Source of the DNA: Candidatus Saccharimonadota bacterium
Lineage (GTDB): Bacteria; Patescibacteriota; Gracilibacteria; Absconditabacterales; Absconditicoccaceae
Length of the DNA: 32,000 nt
Assembly (NCBI GenBank): GCA_000503875.1
Contig: CP006913.1
Location: forward strand, 1,050,001-1,082,000
Direction: 5' to 3'
The position numbers and the translations under genes were made by a program. The stretch's first letter is position 1. The number at the start of each line of letters is the position of its first letter. Positions 13,003-18,959 of the stretch are shown one piece after another. Under the pieces are notes generated by a model. That model did not search any database and was not told the DNA's origin. It saw only the letters and a program-made list of their open reading frames with translations.

Positions 13003-13815
13003 CTATAATGGACTCTGAATGCTCTGTAAATTATGTGTCGAAACCTGGGTATATATCTGCGTCGTTTTGATCGACGAATGTCCAAGTAATTTCTGAATAT
13101 AACGAATATCTGTCCCATTTTCCAACAAATGCGTCGCAAAACTATGACGCAAGGAATGAAATGACGCCTTTTTCTGGACACCCGACCTGAGCAAGGCATC
13201 CTGAAAAATATGCTGTGCGGTTCTCGAATGTAAACCCCCGCCTTGCTCAGAATGAAATAACGGATCCTCATAACTCTTGCTTTCCATCAACATTCTTATT
13301 TCTCCCATAATTTTCTCTGGCAAAATCGTTATCCTATCTTTCTGTCCTTTGGCTGATTTAATATGGATAATCTTTTTATCGAGATTTATATCTCCTACTG
13401 CCAAATGGATCACTTCCGAAACTCTCAAACCCGCACCATATGCCAACGCCAATAAAGTTTTATGCTTCATATTGGACACACTATCCAGAATTTTTTGAAT
13501 CTCCTGACGAGACAAAATAACGGGCAATGTGCGTGGCTGCTTAGAAAGCTTAATATCCAAACGGATAGACAATTTCAAAATCTGACTACAAAAGAATTTA
13601 ATCACTTCTTTGTACAAATTTATGGTCTTCGGCGCTCTACCTTGAGATTCCAAATAAAGAATAAAATCAATGACCTTTTCACGATTGATCTTCGACACAT
13701 CATACTCCAACCGCTTCAAAAAAGACCTCAAACAATTACTATAAATTTCCACCGTCCTCGGACTATAATTTCTCTGCTGAAGCTCCCTAGAAAGCTGACT
13801 TACATAATCTTGCAT
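13003..13815 (-). CDS. tyrosine-type site-specific recombinase (XerC/D-sized, IntI-like C-terminus)
   Basis: 270 aa, no TGA. Catalytic boxes AYGAGLRVSE, KGQKDR, HSLRHSFATHLL and LLGHSSIKTTQIYTQV. Ends in QSPL. Confidence 0.9.
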   Translation of the reverse strand: MQDYVSQLSRELQQRNYSPRTVEIYSNCLRSFLKRLEYDVSKINREKVIDFILYLESQGRAPKTINLYKEVIKFFCSQILKLSIRLDIKLSKQPRTLPVILSRQEIQKILDSVSNMKHKTLLALAYGAGLRVSEVIHLAVGDINLDKKIIHIKSAKGQKDRITILPEKIMGEIRMLMESKSYEDPLFHSEQGGGLHSRTAQHIFQDALLRSGVQKKASFHSLRHSFATHLLENGTDIRYIQKLLGHSSIKTTQIYTQVSTHNLQSIQSPL

Positions 13816-13839
13816 GATAACTATTTAAATAATAAAAAC

Positions 13840-13867
13840 TTGATTTTTAAAGATTATTTATTATAAT
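13840..13867 (+). promoter_or_regulatory. candidate sigma70-type promoter (TTGATT-16 nt-TATAAT) facing away from the recombinase
   Basis: Hexamers at 13840-13845 and 13862-13867. AT-rich background makes chance matches likely. Confidence 0.3.
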
Positions 13868-13890
13868 ACAACCATCATGCTTACTTCTTG

Positions 13891-14015
13891 TAGGCCCCAC
13901 CCTATCAATAGACAGATAGGGTAAACTATGCCTTCGGGCTCCTACCCCGCAAAACACTGCGGGGGAAAACTATCAAGAATCTTCTGGGAAATACATCAAT
14001 CTCAGAAGTTTTTTT
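13891..14015 (+). ncRNA. candidate structured RNA or DNA element (GC-rich, four helices, cUUCGg tetraloop)
   Basis: Hairpins: CCCTATC/GATAGGG (13900-13921), GCC-TTCG-GGC (13930-13939), closing TAGG/CCTA (13891-94/13941-44), CCCCGCA/TGCGGGG (13945-13964). These are followed by CTTCTG/CAGAAG plus a T7 run (13981-14015). Confidence 0.35.
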
Positions 14016-14395
14016 ATATGTTCGAATTCTTCCTTTGACATCAAACCTATTTTAGTGAAAAATCTTTGAGTATCAAAAGTTCTTCATTGACTATTAACGA
14101 TAAAAGATTTTCTTCTGAATTTTACGCTTTGGAAGGCTAAATAATATTTTTCACTATTTTATTTAGTAGTCATAGGCAGAGAAAAATACATATTTCAAAT
14201 CACACTTACAACCAAAACAGGCCTAAAAAATCAATCCTTACCAAAAAGTTCTCTTCAAACATTAGCTCAAATCTTAATATATCGAATTTCTCTTGGTTTG
14301 GGATAAATAATTTTATGAGATCTATTAAGCTTCTTTTTTTCTGAATTCCAAAGATCAAATGTTTTATCATTCAAACAAAATTCTTGCATTACCAT
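13970..14395 (-). pseudogene. MazF/PemK-like toxin interrupted by an in-frame TAA
   Basis: With TGA=Gly: ...WNSEKKKLNRSHKIIYPKPREIRYIKIGANVGRELFGKDGFFRPVLVVSVIGNMYFSLPMTTK-TAA(14159-14161)-NSEKYYLAFQSVKFRRKSFIVNSQGRTFDTQRFFTKIGLMSKEEFEHIKKLL. The PemK-type pattern continues in the same frame after the stop. Confidence 0.6.
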
Positions 14396-14422
14396 AAATA
14401 ATACATATAAAAAATCAAAAAA

Positions 14423-14524
14423 GAGAAAGACACTCATATCAAAAGAGCCAAAACCGTCTCTCCTCATGTTCGCCGAAATTCTAGCAATTCCAGAAAAGAA
14501 AAAAACTGACAAAAATAGGACAAA
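14423..14524. repeat. 102-bp direct repeat, copy 2
   Basis: See copy 1. On the minus strand both copies contain an extended -10-like TGnTAGAAT (copy 2 at 14478-14486), upstream of the toxin here and of the recombinase remnant in copy 1. Confidence 0.85.
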
Positions 14525-14620
14525 TATCCCACTATCACAAAACCATCCATTTTACACCCATTTCACGCCACACAACGTCACAGCAACAACCCCTTTGACC
14601 ACTTATGCGCCACTCTCATG

Positions 14621-14656
14621 TCGCACAAAACCTAGTTGTCGGACATCTACTTTTTG
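14621..14656 (+). other. half-site resembling the 3' side of the hairpin family (candidate primary, attI-like recombination site)
   Basis: CTAG|TTGTCGGACAT compared with ACG|TTGTCTGTCAT (A) and ACG|TTGTATGACAT (B). There is no hairpin to its left. It is preceded by a CA-rich tract with CGCCAC direct repeats at 14566 and 14608. Confidence 0.4.
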
Positions 14657-14789
14657 TTTCAAGCGGAACCTTTTTGATTTTTTCAGAGTGGAGGTAAAAA
14701 CTAGAAAATAGGGATTGACTTTCCATAGTAGATATATATGTACCTTACAGGTAATAAAATATAAAACTAAATAATGGAGAAAATATATT

Positions 14790-15065
14790 ATGGAAATTTT
14801 AATAAAAGGTACTAGCGTGAAATTAATCCAACAATGGATTTCTACAATGTTAAACGACATTAAAAATAATAAAATTTACTGCTCTACAAAAGAGCGTAAA
14901 TTATTCGCTGTAAGCGAAATCAACAGAACTAGATTACAAATAATGAGAGACATTATGCCTACAGAAAGTGACTTGCCTACTTATACTGATACCGAAAGCA
15001 TGAAAATGGATCAAGAAGCACTAAAAAAGTATTTATTAGACATGAAAACATTTTTGGAAAGTTAA
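14790..15065 (+). CDS. hypothetical protein (91 aa), unit 0
   Basis: ATG preceded by GGAG, intact ORF, followed by a strong intrinsic terminator. Confidence 0.5.
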   Translation: MEILIKGTSVKLIQQWISTMLNDIKNNKIYCSTKERKLFAVSEINRTRLQIMRDIMPTESDLPTYTDTESMKMDQEALKKYLLDMKTFLES

Positions 15066-15086
15066 CAATCATTGTGAAATTTGTTT

Positions 15087-15114
15087 AAGCCCGCTTTTTT
15101 CGGGCTTTTTTTTA
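15087..15114 (+). terminator. rho-independent terminator
   Basis: AAGCCCG-CTTTTTT-CGGGCTT stem-loop followed by a T run. Confidence 0.75.
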
Positions 15115-15191
15115 TACTTTTAATTTCCTCCATAATTCATATATTTCCTTTAGTAAACATTTCCACTCAATAAACAAAAAGACATAAACAA

Positions 15192-15279
15192 CAAAAAGAT
15201 AGATCATCCAACAACAGGCTCTGCTGCACATACATTTGTACGTCCAGCTAGAGCCAGACGTTGTCTGTCATATCCCTTA
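15192..15279 (+). repeat. hairpin site A (attC-like)
   Basis: ACAAC-a-GGCTCT-GCTG-[cACATACAtttgTACGTC]-CAGC-t-AGAGCC-agac-G|TTGT. Core 15211-15264. Confidence 0.7.
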
Positions 15280-15447
15280 TAACTAAAAAGTCCTTTCTGA
15301 AAGAAATTTGGAGGGGATTTTTTATTTTAATTTAGATTTTTTATAAAAAAAAGAAAAACTTGTAAGGAAATATAGAATTTCTTTAAATTATTTAAATTTC
15401 TATTTACACTAAAAAAACAAAAACATATAAATCTTAATAAAAAATTA

Positions 15448-16518
15448 TTATTTTATAAGAAACCTTAATTTTTCAATAATTTTTTCAATTAATGGTTCGG
15501 CACTTTGACCATTTAAAAGAGGCAAAAAAGACTTTATTGTATTATTGAGTAATACTTTATCTTCATTATTTAAAACAAGTTTATTAGAAGAATTAGTTAT
15601 TCTTCATAAAACCAAATTCGCAAATATTTTAATCATTAATTTTTCAAAAAAACTACGTAATTGAATTTCTAGTTGATCTCCTTCTAATGTTCGTATATTG
15701 TTTGGAATGTCAAGTTTTTCTTTAACTATATATTCAAGTTCTTCAATAGATCAATTTAATCATATAATTCAAATTGTTTCGTCATTAGAATAATCTTCTG
15801 AATCATAAAAATTCCAATCTTTAAAATTTTTTATATCATTCAACAAATTTAATTCTCTAGTGGTAAGATTTCCATAACAAGATTTTTCTTGTTTTAATGG
15901 AGCGTCATATTCTTGACTAAAATATTGTTTTTTTTTAGCATAAGATAAAGCATCTTTCTTTTCAAAAAAGAATGCACTTCAAATTAAATCTTCTGACACG
16001 AACAGCGATCAATATCATATTGACATATTTTCTTCATAAATTCAATAAGGATTCCCAGCATAAAACCGACCCTTTTTTTGTTTTAATTCATTAATCATCT
16101 CATCCTTATATTCACCAGGTTCTTCTAGACCAAGCTCAATCCAAGAGTCTTGAATAATGATTTCTCAACCATTTTTCTTTTCATATGGAATATTAATATA
16201 TGCTATTTCATAAACAGGATATCAATAACGAATATCTTTTCTATTTCTTTTTCCTTCTTCAGTTATTTTAATTATATCATTAATTTTTTCTATAATCATT
16301 TTTCTATCTCAGATACCATGAATAGTAACTTCTTTTTTTCATGAAGCAAAAGAACTATTAAATAATTTTTTTTCAATTATTCTTGCTGTATTTCATTTTT
16401 CTTGCAAATCATTAATTATATTCTGTTTAGTTTCCCCTTCTACGACTTTTTTTCATTTTAAAACAAATCATTGTTCTTGTAAAGATTGATTGTTTCTTTG
16501 TTTAATTTTATCAGTCAT
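15448..16518 (-). CDS. hypothetical protein (356 aa with TGA=Gly), unit 1, inverted relative to the other units
   Basis: Frame checked line by line: 15 in-frame TGA, no TAA/TAG. ATG at 16516-16518, TAA at 15448-15450. Absent from the standard-code track. Confidence 0.65.
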
Positions 16519-16547
16519 AATAATTTATAAAAAAATAAACATACCTG

Positions 16548-16575
16548 ATTATACTCCCCCCCCTAGATTTGTCAA
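16548..16575 (-). promoter_or_regulatory. consensus promoter TTGACA-16 nt-TATAAT with a G8 tract in the spacer
   Basis: Minus strand reads TTGACAaatctaGGGGGGGGagTATAAT. The -10 lies 29 nt upstream of the unit-1 ATG. C8 on the plus strand at 16556-16563. Confidence 0.6.
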
Positions 16576-16730
16576 ATTTTTTAGGATTTTTTTTATTTAG
16601 GTGGGAAATGGGGTGTTTACTGTGTTTTTGAAAAAAGTCTAAAAAAAAGAAATTTTCTTTAATTTTTTGGTTGATTTATCTTATTTTTATCTTAATTTAA
16701 TTTAGAAAAAATCCCCTCCAAGTAATTAAG

Positions 16731-16811
16731 TAAGGGATACAAACAGACAACACGCACTATCCTACATACAAGCTACAGTCGGATCAGTGCGAAACGTTGT
16801 ATGACATAGCC
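16731..16811 (+). repeat. hairpin site B (attC-like)
   Basis: ACAAC-a-CGCACT-ATCC-[tACATACAagcTACaGTC]-GGAT-c-AGTGCG-aaac-G|TTGT. Core 16747-16800. Confidence 0.7.
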
Positions 16812-16885
16812 TAATTGGATTAAGAAATTAAGGAGGAGCAATTTTAATTTAGATTAGATTTTTTTAGATTTTAGAACCAAGAAAT

Positions 16886-16913
16886 TTGCTAAATTCAAAT
16901 AGATGATTATAAT
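16886..16913 (+). promoter_or_regulatory. candidate promoter TTGCTA-16 nt-TATAAT for the unit-2 ORF
   Basis: Hexamers at 16886-16891 and 16908-16913, 30 nt upstream of the ATG at 16943. Confidence 0.4.
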
Positions 16914-16942
16914 TTAAGTATTTAAATTATAATATAAATTAA

Positions 16943-17644
16943 ATGTCTTCATTAAATGCTTATAACTATGATGAGAATATTGATACAATAGAATCTGATA
17001 AATCTGATATTTTAGAAAAAAATATATATTCGGAAGAAAAAGCACAAGAATTTAAAAAATGATTAGATGCAGAAAAAGATACAACAAGAAGAAAACAAAA
17101 CAAGATAGTAAACCAAACAATAAATGAATTTATTTTGGCTTCTTATCCATTGAATGAATGATGAGAAGAACATTTAAAGAAAAAGTTTTTAAAAATAGGA
17201 GATTGTTATGAAAATTGAGTAAAAGCAGTTGAAATTACAAAATGAGTAAATAATTGAGCAGATCTTATGTGAATATATCAAAAAAAAATTAAAGAAAACG
17301 AAGAAAACATTAAAACGACAGACAAAGAAGAAAAAATACAAATGAATTTTAATAAATTAGTTGAAACATGTAAATGATTAGGAAAAAGAAATAAAGAACA
17401 TATCTTCGCACTTATTAGTACAGATTGATCAATACATTTAGTAAACGACATAGACACTGGACATTATATAATACCCAAATGATTAATTGAAAATTGAGAT
17501 ATATGAAGCTTGGCTAAACCAAATAAAATAGATCCAAACAAAATGGAACGATGAGGTGATCCATTTAATTTAGAAGACCAAGTCTTAGGTGATAAATTAT
17601 TAGAAGTATGAAAAAATGAATCTCTAACAAATAGTAAAAATTAA
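16943..17644 (+). CDS. hypothetical protein (233 aa with TGA=Gly), unit 2
   Basis: ATG to TAA with about 14 in-frame TGA and no TAA/TAG. Absent from the standard-code track. Confidence 0.6.
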
Positions 17645-17700
17645 TTTAGATTTTTTTAATTAAATTTAGAAGAGCCTTTCCTTTTAGTAATTATAGTTTT

Positions 17701-17772
17701 AATTACGGACTACGAACCTACAACAGCCGATACACGACATACACATTACGGTCGTACATCGGCGAACGTTGT
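17701..17772 (+). repeat. hairpin site C (attC-like)
   Basis: ACAAC-a-GCCGAT-ac-ACGAC-[ATACAcatTACg]-GTCGT-ac-ATCGGC-gaac-G|TTGT. Core 17720-17772. Confidence 0.7.
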
Positions 17773-17825
17773 ACGAAAACTCTTGTAGTCTTAGCAGTTG
17801 TACGAAAACTCTTGTAGTCTTAGCA
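17768..17825 (+). repeat. perfect tandem duplication, 2 x 29 bp (GTTGTACGAAAACTCTTGTAGTCTTAGCA)
   Basis: Copies at 17768-17796 and 17797-17825. It begins exactly at the conserved G|TTGT of site C. Confidence 0.9.
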
Positions 17826-17877
17826 AATGAATATTAAATTTACGAAAAGATGTGATTTTATCTTCTCAGCATAAAAA

Positions 17878-18807
17878 ATGGAAATACTTCCACAAAACTT
17901 AAAAATCAATCATAAGAAGACAGCAATGATTGCAGAGAAAATATCTGAGACAAAACAACTTGAAATAATATGAAAGAAAACACAGAATCCAGAAATAAAT
18001 ATTTGGTGATACGATCGACTTATTCATAAAATGGAACCTCATAGAATCACTTTTTTCGATGATGAAGAAAGTACCATTGAAATCAAAATTTGAAGATGAG
18101 ACTATTTGCAGTTTAATAACGAGAAAATTTGGGATGATAAACTCAAAGAAGAAAAAATTAAAGGTGTAAAGACATGAGATAAATCTGTTGAAAGAGCCGA
18201 AATAGAGGGGAAAGAACATTTTCTACTAGGAAAAAGTTACAGGTTCAATTTTGAATTTTTTATACCTGAAAATTTCCCAATAATAGACAATAGACTGGTT
18301 ATTTGACAATGGAAACAACAATTTGAAGAATGAACAAAAAACAACGCTCTCATTGCCCAAAGATTTAGGAACTGAAAATACACAATATCATTTAATCCAA
18401 CCTGAGATCCAAAGGGAAATTGATGAAACGTTAATATATGTGAATTAAATGCTAAAGACGTTCTATGAAAACGAATCCAGACAGAATATGAGATAAGATT
18501 TTCAGAAGACGAAGATGGCTACATCAAAATACGACATAATTGAAATTTTCTTTGGGAATATCATGGTAAAGTAAGTTCAAGTAGTAAAGAATATCCAGTT
18601 TGAAAATACTATAAAGACAACTTTTTCTTCAAATTTTGACTATACAAAGATAGCTACGAAAAAAGACTATTAGAACTAGAAAACGAAGAACAAACAGACG
18701 AAAACCATAAGAAAATTGAAGCTCTAAAAAAAGCAATAGACGATGAAAATAACTGAAAACTTATGACCGTTTATTTCAAAAACTATAAAGTGGAAGAAAT
18801 AGGATAA
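17878..18807 (+). CDS. hypothetical protein (309 aa with TGA=Gly), unit 3
   Basis: ATG at 17878, TAA at 18805-18807, about 16 in-frame TGA. The track shows only a spurious antisense ORF here. Confidence 0.6.
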
Positions 18808-18854
18808 AATTAGCTCTTTTATTTAACTATTCATGTTAAAAATAGATAATCAGA

Positions 18855-18919
18855 ACAACTACAAAAGACTTTCACTTTGCTCGCAGTCAATACACGACAT
18901 ATACATCGGCAAACGTTAT
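18855..18919 (+). repeat. degenerate or chimeric hairpin site D
   Basis: The left part is ACAAC-t-ACAAAA-GACT-[loop]-AGTC. The right part, ATACACGACATATAC-ATCGGC-aaac-G|TTAT, copies the right arm of site C but has no partner for ATCGGC. Confidence 0.5.
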
Positions 18920-18959
18920 CGAGTTATCATAATATTATTTTAAATAATAATCATATAAC

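Larger units (their letters stand above)
14636..18915 (+). mobile_element. putative gene-cassette array: four units of 625, 1536, 972 and 1147 bp delimited at G|TTGT
   Basis: Units 14636-15260, 15261-16796, 16797-17768 and 17769-18915. Each holds one ORF and ends in a hairpin site (A, B, C, degenerate D). See findings for the offset complementarity. Confidence 0.55.

Noticed and set aside
13003-13815. Canonical integron integrase (IntI)
   Set aside because: It is only 270 aa, with XerC/D-like spacing (58 residues) between the KGQKDR and HSLRH boxes, so the IntI-specific insertion is missing. I call it a tyrosine recombinase with an IntI-like C-terminus only.
12942-13866. Track ORFs 12942..13271 (-), 13277..13498 (+) and 13462..13866 (+)
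   Set aside because: They are alternative-frame or antisense shadows of the well-supported recombinase gene.
14466-14711. 81-aa plus-strand ORF across repeat copy 2 and the CA-rich tract
   Set aside because: The Pro/Thr/Cys-rich translation is a consequence of CA-rich DNA. There is no start context, and it overlaps repeat and site elements.
15261-16796. Unit 1 as an IS or MITE-type transposon because of its inverted terminal repeats
   Set aside because: The 356-aa ORF shows no DDE, HUH or serine/tyrosine recombinase motif that I can see. The inverted ends are explained by the hairpin-reconstitution pattern shared with the other units. Not fully excluded.
16840-17830. CRISPR-like array (repeated TTAATTTAGATT motifs and the 29-bp tandem repeat)
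   Set aside because: The 29-mer has only two adjacent copies with no spacers. The short motifs are irregularly spaced and lie within or next to coding sequence. No cas genes are present.
17899-18219. 106-aa minus-strand track ORF
   Set aside because: It lies antisense to the 309-aa plus-strand ORF that is continuous under code 25. The translation is Phe/Ile-rich and typical of AT-rich antisense.
15448-18807. TGA in the cassette ORFs might encode Trp (a foreign code), because many TGAs sit in aromatic or hydrophobic contexts (e.g. RY-x-YPVYE, NPY-x-IYEE)
   Set aside because: Reading them as Trp would give about 5-6% Trp and only about 2-3% Gly, which is implausible. Reading them as Gly gives a normal 7-8% Gly. 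TGG is also used for Trp in two of the three ORFs. It remains worth testing on homologues.
17878-18807. Possible polysaccharide-lyase (PL7-like) relationship of the unit-3 protein (VIGQW.., FKFGLYKD resemble QIH and YFKAGxY motifs)
   Set aside because: The motif order does not match the family as I remember it, and the resemblance rests on a few residues. Left as hypothetical.
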